Positions 37,722 through 47,098 of a stretch of DNA of 64,000 nt are shown here, piece by piece. Where the stretch lies: assembly GCA_014376785.1 (NCBI GenBank), contig JACMQW010000082.1:3499-67498 (forward strand), given 5' to 3'. The stretch comes from Oligoflexia bacterium. Its GTDB lineage: Bacteria; Bdellovibrionota; UBA1018. Under the pieces are notes generated by a model that had not been told where the DNA came from, ran no database searches, and saw only the letters and a program-made list of their open reading frames with translations. Both the position numbers and the translations under genes were made by a program. Every line of letters begins with the position of its first letter. Position 1 is the first letter of the stretch.

Positions 37722-39713
37722 ATGGTCACCTCCGCATTTGGATTGAGTCATTCCGATAGATTTCTCAACAAAGATCAGGAAAACGATTTTCTGCGCTCCG
37801 AAAATATTCGCTTGAGAGAAAAACTGCAGGAAACTTCCTCACTTCTTCAAGTTCATCCTCTCTTTTTCGCGAACGTGTCACTCGACGGAGAAATTCAAAA
37901 CGTGAGCAGCACGAGCATGATCATGCTGGGGTGTGAGTTTGATCGAGCAATCGGAAACCTTGTTTGGGATATTAAAAATTTTTCGAAATTTTCTGAAACT
38001 AGAAAATGGCTGATGAACGCCGTAAAGTTAGCAGCGAGCGGTCATGCATCCCGTGAGAAAGTTCTCGTAGAGCCCGCACTGAATTCAGATGAAAGCTCTC
38101 ACCTCGTTTCGTTGCACGTGCACCCGATTCGGAAAAGAAAATTAGGAATCACAAAAATTTCGATCACTGCCATAGATTTGAGCGATTCGCATGGTCTTTC
38201 AGACTCCTCCAAAATGGAGCAGGAGAGACTTGCGCGGGTGATTGATGTAGCGCAGTTAGGCTACTACGAATGGGATCTTAAGACGAATGCCGCTGTTTTA
38301 AGCGATCAGCTGAAAAATAAATGGACCCTTGAAAAAACTCTCGATGTTTCTGCTCTTTTTTTGAAAATTCATCCGGACGACCGCAGTGCCGTGATTTCTC
38401 GGATGGAGTCAGCGATTCGGCAGCACCGGTCTTATCATTCAGAATTCCGAGTCATTCTCTCTGATGAAAAAGAGTCCTGGATCGAGGCGGCCGGCGTCGC
38501 ATTCTATTCGGAAAGGGGTGAGCCTCTCTGTTTTTTTGGAACCACTCTGGATATCACGGACCGTAAATTGAGAGAAATGAGAATTGAAAAGAACGAGGAG
38601 TCTTTGAAAAAGGCTTTGGGAGTTTCGAGAGTGGGTTTTTTTGATTGGGATCTGCACCGAGACCAGACGGAGTTCAGCGAAAGGATGCGTCTAGATTGGG
38701 ATCTTCCGGAACAAGCCACGATGTCGCAAGCCCTGGAACGAATCCATCCAGAAGATCTGGTTCGTGTCCGCGAGTGCGTCCGCTATGCGTTGGAACATCA
38801 CGTTTGTTATTCAATGGAATACCGGGTGTATCACCGCGACGGGAAAGAAATTTGGATCGAGGCGCAAGGGGAAGCTCAGTATGATTCTTTCGGGAATGCG
38901 CTGCGCATGTTGGGAACCTCGGTGGATGTCACAGAAAGGAAATGTCTCGAGCTGGGAAAGCAGGCGATCATTAATGATCTCACTGAGACCAAATCCAAGC
39001 TCGAGCAATCTGAAAAAAAATTCAGTTTGGAAAGAATCCTTCGTGAGCGATTTGTTGTGTCGCTTTCCCATGATTTAAGGACTCCGCTAACGGCGGCCCG
39101 GTACGGCGTGTCGATGCTGACGAGTGGAAAGGAAAGCCCTGAACGAAGGGAGAAAGCGCTTCGCATCATTCGAGAGAATATTTTACGAGCCGATCGCATG
39201 ATCGAAGATCTTCTGGACGCGAATCGAATTAAAGCGGGTGAGAAGATCCCGATGCTCCTAGAGCCTTGTCATTTGAATAAAGTCGTTGCGGAGGTTCTGG
39301 CTGTTCTAAATTTCATTCATGGAAATCGATTTTCCCTGAAATGCTTAGATGAGATCCACGGTCAGGTTAGCTGTGAAGGCTTCCGCAGAATTTTAGAGAA
39401 CCTCTGTAACAACGCGGTTAAATACGGAGGGAAGGAGCGTCCGATTCTCATTGAGCTCTCGAAGTCGAATGAAGAGATTATTCTTTGTGTTCATAACGAA
39501 GGAAATCCTATCCCTGTTTCGGATCAGTCCACATTGTTCGATGCTTTTCGTCGGCTTCCAGGAATTGACCAGCAAGAACAGAAGGGTTGGGGGATTGGTT
39601 TGACGATCACTAAAGGTTTTGCTGAAGCGATGAATGGGACTGTGAAAATGACTAGTTCACCGGAAACAGGAACGGACTTCACCGTGCATCTGCCTTTAGT
39701 AGAGGTTACTTGA
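37722..39713 (+). CDS. multi-PAS sensor histidine kinase
   Basis: PAS/PAC repeats (IHPDD, IHPED), SHDLRTPL, NL..NAVKY, GWGIGL. Confidence 0.92.
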   Translation: MVTSAFGLSHSDRFLNKDQENDFLRSENIRLREKLQETSSLLQVHPLFFANVSLDGEIQNVSSTSMIMLGCEFDRAIGNLVWDIKNFSKFSETRKWLMNAVKLAASGHASREKVLVEPALNSDESSHLVSLHVHPIRKRKLGITKISITAIDLSDSHGLSDSSKMEQERLARVIDVAQLGYYEWDLKTNAAVLSDQLKNKWTLEKTLDVSALFLKIHPDDRSAVISRMESAIRQHRSYHSEFRVILSDEKESWIEAAGVAFYSERGEPLCFFGTTLDITDRKLREMRIEKNEESLKKALGVSRVGFFDWDLHRDQTEFSERMRLDWDLPEQATMSQALERIHPEDLVRVRECVRYALEHHVCYSMEYRVYHRDGKEIWIEAQGEAQYDSFGNALRMLGTSVDVTERKCLELGKQAIINDLTETKSKLEQSEKKFSLERILRERFVVSLSHDLRTPLTAARYGVSMLTSGKESPERREKALRIIRENILRADRMIEDLLDANRIKAGEKIPMLLEPCHLNKVVAEVLAVLNFIHGNRFSLKCLDEIHGQVSCEGFRRILENLCNNAVKYGGKERPILIELSKSNEEIILCVHNEGNPIPVSDQSTLFDAFRRLPGIDQQEQKGWGIGLTITKGFAEAMNGTVKMTSSPETGTDFTVHLPLVEVT

Positions 39714-39824
39714 GCATTGCCGTCAAAGGTTTGGCATCTGAGCTTTCAATAAATATCGCGTTCCGTCGAAGCTTGTAGTGGTAAACTGGTATTGACACTC
39801 TCAATGACAGTCGGGGAAATTTCC

Positions 39825-40211
39825 GTGCAACACCTTTTAATCGTAGAAGATTCGATTGAATTCCAAAAAATTATTTCAAGGGTACTAAACGACTACGAAC
39901 TCACTTCCGCCTTAAGCGCTGAAGAGGCATGGACCCAATTGGGCACTGCAAAGTTCGCCCTTGTTCTGTTGGATATCTCACTGCCGGGTAAAGACGGCTA
40001 TTCTCTTTTGGCAGATATGCAGGCGTCCGAACTTTTTAGAAATATCCCGGTGATTTGTTTAACGGGAAAAGTCGCGACTTCCGACCGAGTAAATGCATTT
40101 CGGCTCGGCGCAGATGATTTCATCGAAAAGCCTTTCGATCATCAGGAACTGAAAGTGCGGGTTGCCGCGAAACTAGCGAAGTCGCTTTCGCGGACTGCTC
40201 ATGACGGATGA
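39825..40211 (+). CDS. single-domain response regulator
   Basis: LIVEDS, LLDISLPGKDG, GADDFIEKPF; probable GTG start. Confidence 0.9.
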   Translation: MQHLLIVEDSIEFQKIISRVLNDYELTSALSAEEAWTQLGTAKFALVLLDISLPGKDGYSLLADMQASELFRNIPVICLTGKVATSDRVNAFRLGADDFIEKPFDHQELKVRVAAKLAKSLSRTAHDG

Positions 40212-42546
40212 TTTAGCGATTTTTTTCGAGGTGTCGCAGCACCTCCTCTGCATAGCGGGAGCAGATGGTTTTCTGAAGCGAGTGAATCCATCCTTTGAAA
40301 GAGTCTTGGGATTTTCAGCGACAGAACTCCTAGCTCGGCCCTATATGGATTTCGTTCTCCCCGAGGATCGGGCAGGAACGCTTGCACACGCCGAAGGGGT
40401 TCCCAGCGAACGTGGAAACTCCGAATTTGAAAACAGATACGTTTGTAAAGACGGCTCTATTCGCCATTTATCTTGGCGGACGACCACCGTGGATGATCGC
40501 ATTCTTTGCATCGCACACGACGTGACAGACGAGAGAGAAAAAGAAAAAAAGACGAAGCAGCTGAATGACGAAGCACTTCGTGAAGCAAAAGAAAGTTTCA
40601 GGCACCTTGCCGAAGCCATGCCCCAAATGGTCTGGAAAACGGACGCAGCTGGGAATCAACTGTACTCGAACGCAAGGTGGAACGAATACACCGGGTCCAA
40701 TCAGAGCGATGAGCAGGATTCGAAATTATGGGAGAACGTCGTCCACCCCGATGATTTCCAAAATTCAATCACGAATTGGACGAGGTCGCTGATATCCGGA
40801 GACAGCTTCGAAATGCAATATAGGCTGCGTAGGGCGATCGATGGCATCTATCGCTGGCACCTTGCGCGCGCGGTTCCCATAAAGGATAGCAATGGCACCA
40901 TCGTTAAATGGTTCGGAACTTTAACCGACATTGATGAGCAGAAACGTTCCGAAGAGGAACTGAGAATAAGTTTAGAAGAATTACGTCGTTCTTCACTGGA
41001 AAAGGTCGAGATACTCAAGCGCGAGAAAGCGGCGCTTGAATCTTCCGATTTAAAATCGGAATTCGTCGCTACGATGAGCCACGAAATTCGGACTCCTTTG
41101 AGTGCCATCATTGGAATGACTCAGGTGTTATTAAAGGGTGAATTAGACGAAGAGCAGGCCGACATCGCAAAGACGATTCTCTTTTCTGCCGAATCGCTTT
41201 CAGGAATCGTGAATGAAATTCTTGATTTCTCTAAAATTGAGTCGGGAAAGATGCCATTAGAAAAAGTTGATTTCGATTTGAAGACTATTCTTTTCGGGGT
41301 GGTTAATGCATCACGATTTGGCGCTGCGGAAAAAGGCATCAAGCTCCAAGTGACCATTCAACCGGAATTAGATACGTGGGTGAGTGGGGATCTCGTGAAG
41401 ATCCGGCAAGTCCTTCATAATTTATTGAGTAACGCGGTGAAATTTACTTCGCAGGGTGAAGTCTGTGTTTCTTTGGAAGCACGAGGCCATTCCGAATCTC
41501 TCCAGTCCCGTATTCGATTTTTGGTAACTGATACGGGAATCGGAATCGCAACCGAGGAGGTTTCTCGCCTTTTCGAACCGTTTGTTCAGGCGGATGCGTC
41601 GATTGCTCGCCGCTTCGGGGGAACGGGCTTAGGACTTTCAATTTGTAAGCGGCTCATTGAGTTGATGGGCGGCGAAATCGGAGTCGAAAGTATACCAGGC
41701 AAAGGATCTCAGTTCTGGTTTGAACTCTCTCTTTCGAAAAGAACAGAAATCACCCAGCATTTTAACTTCGATAGGCCTTCAGAGGGCTCTATCACGGGCA
41801 GAATCCTCGTCGCTGAAGACCACCCGATGAACCAGAAAGTGATTCGGTATCTCTTAAGAAACCTCGGACTTCAGATTGATCTGGTGGCTTCGGGGCGGGA
41901 AGCGGTACTTGCAAATGCGCTGCACCGCTACGACCTCATTCTCATGGACTGTCACATGCCGGACATGGACGGGTATGAAGCGACTCGTGCCATCCGTGCC
42001 CAACCTGGAGATTGCGCGCGCGTTCCGATTTACGCGCTCACCGCAGACGTCCTCCAAAATACTCCCCAGCGGTGCCGTGAGGTCGGAATGAATGGGTATT
42101 TTCAAAAGCCCATCCAAAGCGAAAGACTTTACTCTGTGATCGCTCAGTGCTGCACGAGACCCACGCGCGATCTGATGGAAAATCAGGCTGCGGTATCACC
42201 GTTAGGAAAAGTACCGCCCGATTTCGACCCGGCGGCCCTTCGGGTTTTGGAAAATCTGAATGCCGAGGGTCAGCCTGATATCGTCAGGGAGCTCGTGAAT
42301 GGATTTCACCGCGACACTCCTGCTCATCTCGCGCGGATTTTGGATGCGATAGAACGCCAAGACCGTTTTGCATTGGAACAAGAGGCGCACTCTTTGAAGT
42401 CAGTTTCGGCAGTGCTCGGCGCGATGAATGTTTCAAGGCTTTGTGGACTGCTTGAATTAGAAGCGCAGAGAGAAAGTTCGGTTTGTGCAAAAATGGTCCT
42501 TTCCGAGCTTCATGATTCGTATATTCGTTACTTGGATGAGACCTGA
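40201..42546 (+). CDS. hybrid histidine kinase PAS-PAS-HisKA-HATPase-REC-Hpt
   Basis: MSHEIRTPL, NAVKFT, GGTGLGL, LMDCHMP, AHSLKS. Confidence 0.93.
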   Translation: MTDDLAIFFEVSQHLLCIAGADGFLKRVNPSFERVLGFSATELLARPYMDFVLPEDRAGTLAHAEGVPSERGNSEFENRYVCKDGSIRHLSWRTTTVDDRILCIAHDVTDEREKEKKTKQLNDEALREAKESFRHLAEAMPQMVWKTDAAGNQLYSNARWNEYTGSNQSDEQDSKLWENVVHPDDFQNSITNWTRSLISGDSFEMQYRLRRAIDGIYRWHLARAVPIKDSNGTIVKWFGTLTDIDEQKRSEEELRISLEELRRSSLEKVEILKREKAALESSDLKSEFVATMSHEIRTPLSAIIGMTQVLLKGELDEEQADIAKTILFSAESLSGIVNEILDFSKIESGKMPLEKVDFDLKTILFGVVNASRFGAAEKGIKLQVTIQPELDTWVSGDLVKIRQVLHNLLSNAVKFTSQGEVCVSLEARGHSESLQSRIRFLVTDTGIGIATEEVSRLFEPFVQADASIARRFGGTGLGLSICKRLIELMGGEIGVESIPGKGSQFWFELSLSKRTEITQHFNFDRPSEGSITGRILVAEDHPMNQKVIRYLLRNLGLQIDLVASGREAVLANALHRYDLILMDCHMPDMDGYEATRAIRAQPGDCARVPIYALTADVLQNTPQRCREVGMNGYFQKPIQSERLYSVIAQCCTRPTRDLMENQAAVSPLGKVPPDFDPAALRVLENLNAEGQPDIVRELVNGFHRDTPAHLARILDAIERQDRFALEQEAHSLKSVSAVLGAMNVSRLCGLLELEAQRESSVCAKMVLSELHDSYIRYLDET

Positions 42547-42648
42547 TTTCCAGGAATGGACCTGAGCCTGGTAACGGCTTATGCTTCCCTGATGAATGCA
42601 AATGAAACCCGATCTACGAGTTCAACGGTAAGCTCTCCCGGCACGTCC

Positions 42649-43611
42649 ATGATGAAGTACGTGGCGCACACGCCAGGTGGACCTGAAAGTCTTAAAATCG
42701 CCACCGGACCGAAGCCTGCCCGTGCGGACGGGGAAATGATAATCGAAGTTTTCGCCGCCGGAGTGAACCGTCCGGATATCTCTCAGAGGCAGGGGACTTA
42801 TCCGCCTCCTCCGGGCGCTTCCCCGGTGCTAGGGCTTGAAGTTGCTGGATTGGTCCATGCGGTGGGGCCCGATTCTCGTTTTCGAATCGGCGACCGAGTC
42901 TGCGCGCTCGCTCCGGGCGGAGGTTATGCCGAGTATTGCGTGGTGCCTGAAGGGAGCTGCTTGCCCATTCCAGAGGGACTGACTTTTGAGGAAGCAGCCG
43001 GAATCCCCGAAAATTATTTCACGGTATGGGCGAATGTTTTTCAGATTGGGGAATTGAAAGCGGGGGAAAAATTCCTCGTTCATGGAGGAAGTAGCGGGAT
43101 CGGGACGACCGCGATCCAGCTTGCGCGTGCTTTCGGTGCTGAGGTTTATACGACTGCTGGATCTGCGGAGAAATGCGCAAAATGCGTGGAAATCGGCGCG
43201 GATCAAGCGTTGAATTATCGTGAAAAAGATTTTGAGAACGAATGGAAAGATTTGAATCTCATCCTGGATATGGTGGGTGGTAAATACACGAGGAAAAATA
43301 TCCATTGCCTCGGGATGCGAGGTCGATTGGTTCAAATTGCAGCGCTTCAGGGAGGCGAAGTGACCTTCGATATCTTTAAGATCATGCAAAAACGCATTAC
43401 TTTAACCGGTTCGACCCTTCGGCCAAGATCCGTCGCTGAGAAAGCGCAAATCGCTCAAGAACTCTCTGCGAAAGTATGGCCCCTTTTTCGAGAAAAAAAG
43501 TTAAAGGTCCTTATCGACCGAATCTATCCGATCGAAGAAGCCGCCGAAGCTCACAAACGGATGGAGAGCAGTCAGCACATCGGAAAAATCATTCTCCAAG
43601 TAAAAAAATAG
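42649..43611 (+). CDS. NAD(P)H-quinone oxidoreductase (PIG3-type MDR)
   Basis: GVNRPD..QR.G.YPPP.GAS..LGLE, HGGSSGIG, GSTLR, HIGKI. Confidence 0.93.
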   Translation: MMKYVAHTPGGPESLKIATGPKPARADGEMIIEVFAAGVNRPDISQRQGTYPPPPGASPVLGLEVAGLVHAVGPDSRFRIGDRVCALAPGGGYAEYCVVPEGSCLPIPEGLTFEEAAGIPENYFTVWANVFQIGELKAGEKFLVHGGSSGIGTTAIQLARAFGAEVYTTAGSAEKCAKCVEIGADQALNYREKDFENEWKDLNLILDMVGGKYTRKNIHCLGMRGRLVQIAALQGGEVTFDIFKIMQKRITLTGSTLRPRSVAEKAQIAQELSAKVWPLFREKKLKVLIDRIYPIEEAAEAHKRMESSQHIGKIILQVKK

Positions 43612-43711
43612 CGGTGTCATCCTATTGGCGATTGCCATCGAAAGTTCGATGGATGCTGTTTTGATGAAATGATTTTTACCTTCCGGGTGAGAACCGCTAT
43701 CATGAGAGAGG

Positions 43712-44560
43712 ATGTTTAAAGCAAAGGACGGAACACTTTTCAGTTTATTTGCTCTCGGGGTCGCGGTCGACCAACTCACGAAATTTCTGGGAGAGCGCAT
43801 CCAGGGGCGTCTAGGTCCATTCTCCGTCGAAATGCATCACAATCCTGGGATTTTTCTTCAGTGGCTTGCGACGGAATCAAGCCTCCTCCGCGTCGTTTCA
43901 GTTGCTTGTTTCTACGGTTTCATCCTTTTTATCTATTTTTCTTTGTTGTCGGCACTTTCCCTCCGTCACCAGCAGACGAAAGTCGCCCTCACGCTCTTTC
44001 TTTCTTCGATTACCGGAAACGCGGTCGATCGTATCGGGAATGGGGAAGTGCGAGATTTCTTGGTGCTTCGAATCGCTGACCGTCTTTTTTATGCAAATGT
44101 CGCGGATATCCTGATGTGGGTTTCCCTCGCCTTACTCGTGGCTTCAGCTTGGATTTACCGGCGGGATTTTTTTCCGGAAAAAAATTCGCGAATAAAGCAC
44201 GTCCTCAGCAGAAGTTATCAGTATGCTTGGTCAGCAAAAGTAGCATTGGCTTCATTCTGTTCGTTTGTGACTTTAATGCTTTTTTCGGTGACCTACTTTC
44301 ATGCGGCCGAAGATTTTAGATTCATCGCATGGGGTTTGGTGATTGGGATCTTTTTTAGTGCTTTCACAGCATTTGCGGCGATTCGCTTTTCGCATCGGAG
44401 CGCAGGCGCGCTGTACGCTTTTGAAAAATACGTCGAAAAATTATTAGAGGGTAAAACAAACGAGCCATTTTCCCTGCGTGAAAACGACGAGCATCGGCAA
44501 CTCGTACCACTCGCAAAAAAACTCAGAGCACACTTCATTCAAAAGGGAATTCAACGATGA
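43712..44560 (+). CDS. signal peptidase II (LspA)-like protein with C-terminal 2TM + HAMP-like extension
   Basis: DQLTK, N.G, GNAVDR, VRDF, NVAD; tail SHRSAGALYAFEK...LRENDE. Confidence 0.8.
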   Translation: MFKAKDGTLFSLFALGVAVDQLTKFLGERIQGRLGPFSVEMHHNPGIFLQWLATESSLLRVVSVACFYGFILFIYFSLLSALSLRHQQTKVALTLFLSSITGNAVDRIGNGEVRDFLVLRIADRLFYANVADILMWVSLALLVASAWIYRRDFFPEKNSRIKHVLSRSYQYAWSAKVALASFCSFVTLMLFSVTYFHAAEDFRFIAWGLVIGIFFSAFTAFAAIRFSHRSAGALYAFEKYVEKLLEGKTNEPFSLRENDEHRQLVPLAKKLRAHFIQKGIQR

Positions 44561-45711
44561 AAATTTGGCAACGGTTTCGAGTCGCGATTATTGGGCTCTT
44601 TGGTATCACCGCGATCTTCGCGGTTTTCCAAAACTGTGGGACCGGTACAGTGGGGACTGGCGCGAGTGGGAAAGCCTCATTGGATAATGGATACACCACT
44701 GGTACCACGGGCCTTTACCTTTCTCTCAGTGCATCGAGCTATGTCTTCGCAGCTTCGAGCTCGACCCAGAACCAAACCTTTACGCTCTCGAATCCATCCA
44801 GAGAATTAGCCCGCACTCTTTCCGTTTCGCTCTCATCAAGCACTTCCGCATTCACCCTCACCGGTGACACCTGCACGAATGCCAGCCTTCCTGCGGGTGG
44901 GGCGTGTGCATTCCAAATCTCGTACGTGAATTCCAGCGCTCAGACGGTGAACGGCTCGATTTCCATCTACTACGCAAACGCGGCGAATCTCGTGCAGCCC
45001 CCCATTGCGATCTCGCTCACGGGATCTGGTAGGACCGTCATCACGACCAACACGACCACGACCGCCTCGTCGAATGGCTCTCCGGGGAGCTACGTGGCTA
45101 GTACGGGGTTCACCCTGGGAACCGGCTCATTGAATAAATTCAGTTCGACCGCGACCTATCAAAAATCCGCGCTTTCCTGCGGAAACATCACGAAGCGCGA
45201 CGTCTGTGCATCATCCACTCCCGCAAGCTTTGATGGAGCAAACTGTCATGTCGGAGCGCCTCCGTGGGGAACCGGCTTTATTTACGGTGGTAATTTCTAC
45301 TATCCACCTCACGCGGGAACTCCCTGCGCTTCGAACCACTCGTTCGATGGAAGGAACTGCGTTTTCGCAAGCGCGTTTGGAAATTCACCTTTTATCTACA
45401 ATAATCATTTCTATTTCACTCCGACGACGCGGGTGATTCCCGGCTTTTACAGCGGAATTTGCCCATTAGGATCCATTTTCGACGGCGCGAACTGCTACGC
45501 GGGAAACGTTCCTACGGGCACCGGTCAGGTCTCCACGGCTCGTTTTACCTACGATGCGAAGGCGGGCGTCACTCCCTGTGAAAGTAGCAACGGCGACTAT
45601 TTCGACGGAAGTCGTTGTGTTTATTCGAATATTCCAACGGGTTGGAGCGGGTTTGTCTACCAAAGTAAGTTCTACTTTTACGCTCAAGCTTCCCGAGCCT
45701 GTGTGCCTTAA
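44557..45711 (+). CDS. FQNC-type lipoprotein with Ig-like domain and Cys/aromatic repeats
   Basis: Signal ending AVFQNC; FTLTGDTC...C Ig-like segment; four FDGxxC repeats. Confidence 0.8.
   Translation: MKIWQRFRVAIIGLFGITAIFAVFQNCGTGTVGTGASGKASLDNGYTTGTTGLYLSLSASSYVFAASSSTQNQTFTLSNPSRELARTLSVSLSSSTSAFTLTGDTCTNASLPAGGACAFQISYVNSSAQTVNGSISIYYANAANLVQPPIAISLTGSGRTVITTNTTTTASSNGSPGSYVASTGFTLGTGSLNKFSSTATYQKSALSCGNITKRDVCASSTPASFDGANCHVGAPPWGTGFIYGGNFYYPPHAGTPCASNHSFDGRNCVFASAFGNSPFIYNNHFYFTPTTRVIPGFYSGICPLGSIFDGANCYAGNVPTGTGQVSTARFTYDAKAGVTPCESSNGDYFDGSRCVYSNIPTGWSGFVYQSKFYFYAQASRACVP
45205..45680 (+). repeat. four intragenic protein repeats C..(S/I/Y)FDGxxC...F(I/V)Y...FY
   Basis: FDGANC, FDGRNC, FDGANC and FDGSRC units in the 44557..45711 product. 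Confidence 0.8.
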
Positions 45712-45863
45712 TAGGGACGAAGTCGAGGGAGTGTGCTAGCCTGAGGACATGAACCTTTGCTTTTTCTGTAAGCGCGAACATTCGGTGGCCGTGTGTGAAA
45801 CCTGCAAGCGACACGTTTGCATCCAATGCCAAGATAACCACAACTGTTACCGCCGAGATTAAT

Positions 45864-46184
45864 ATGTCATCCCATTCTCACCCTTCTTCCGCACAGCAAG
45901 CCGTTCCCGCTCAGCCCGAAAATTCCTTTCGCGTGACTTTAGAGACCTTAAGTTCGAAACCGCGGATCGACCAGGTGCTTCTCGAAGCACTTCGGGGGCA
46001 AAGCCGGAACCCCAATTTGAAGCGCATTTCGCGGACCGAATTCAAGGAACTCTTCAAGAAAAAGAAAATCCTGATCAAGGGCCAGCCGGCCACTCCTTCT
46101 TCCTCACTGGCGAGTGGAGTGACTCACGTCGACATCCTAGGTTATTCGGAAAATCCGAGCCCGGATGATCCGACTCTCCGCTAG
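45864..46184 (+). CDS. small hypothetical protein, S4-like RNA-binding pattern
   Basis: RIDQVL....ISRTEFKELF..KKILIKG pattern; start set at ATG 45864. Confidence 0.6.
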   Translation: MSSHSHPSSAQQAVPAQPENSFRVTLETLSSKPRIDQVLLEALRGQSRNPNLKRISRTEFKELFKKKKILIKGQPATPSSSLASGVTHVDILGYSENPSPDDPTLR

Positions 46185-47098
46185 AGTCGGCCTTTTTCCC
46201 GCAGCACCCGAACCAACATCGGTTCTACTGGGAAATCGCTTAAGAGCGACCCAAGCCACTCGCTCGCTGCAGGATTTGGGAAATCCACTTTCTCAGCTAA
46301 AATGAGCTCATTCTTCATCGAGTGCTCCCAGCCCGTGAGCTCGGTGACGGTGACTTTATAGCCGAGGCTTTCGAGCACGAGCGCGCGGATCACGTTGGTT
46401 AGGTGGCTGCCGAATTCACGAGAGTGGAGCGGGTGCCGCCAGAGCTGCCAAACGCCTGTCGAGTTTGCGGCCGCACCGTTTTCTTCTTCTGATTGGAAAT
46501 CGTCCCCCGAATTTCGCGGACGAACGGCTTTCAAGAGCCGTGAGACCTCGGCTTGGCAGCAAGGCACCAGCGCAATCGCCGCCGCATTTTTTTCGAGCGC
46601 AAGGAGGATGGCTTCGTCGGTGGCAGTGTCGCAGGCGTGGAGGGCAACGAGGAGGTCAACCTCACCTGGATCGGCGTCACGAATGGACGCATCGATGAAT
46701 TCCATCCGATCAAACCCGGTTTCTTTCGCAAGACCGCGAGCACGGGCGACCAGTTCCGGTCGAGATTCAATATTGCTTATTTTTCCGCGTCTGAGCGGGC
46801 CCACCCAAAGATCATAAAGCAGAAAGCCTAAGTAACTCTTTCCCGATCCCACATCGACGAGGCGAGGTTCGGTTTTTTTAGCATAGAGTTTTTCAAGCAC
46901 CGGCAAGAGGAGGCGAGTGAAATGGTAAATTTGTTTCAACTTTCGACGCGCGTCTTGGTTCAACTTGCCATCCCGTGTGAGCAGGTGGAGTTCTTTTAAG
47001 AGAGTCGGATTCTGTTCTGTCCAGAGAGTTTCGACGTCGCTCTTCACCAGTTTCTTTGCCCGTTCCGCGGCATCGTCTTTCAAGGATGGGTCGTTCAT
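46181..47098 (-). CDS. SAM-dependent methyltransferase (Methyltransf_32-like)
   Basis: VDVGSGKSYLGF, ALHACDTATD, VPCCQ, EHSMKN. Confidence 0.88.
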   Translation of the reverse strand: MNDPSLKDDAAERAKKLVKSDVETLWTEQNPTLLKELHLLTRDGKLNQDARRKLKQIYHFTRLLLPVLEKLYAKKTEPRLVDVGSGKSYLGFLLYDLWVGPLRRGKISNIESRPELVARARGLAKETGFDRMEFIDASIRDADPGEVDLLVALHACDTATDEAILLALEKNAAAIALVPCCQAEVSRLLKAVRPRNSGDDFQSEEENGAAANSTGVWQLWRHPLHSREFGSHLTNVIRALVLESLGYKVTVTELTGWEHSMKNELILAEKVDFPNPAASEWLGSLLSDFPVEPMLVRVLREKGRL

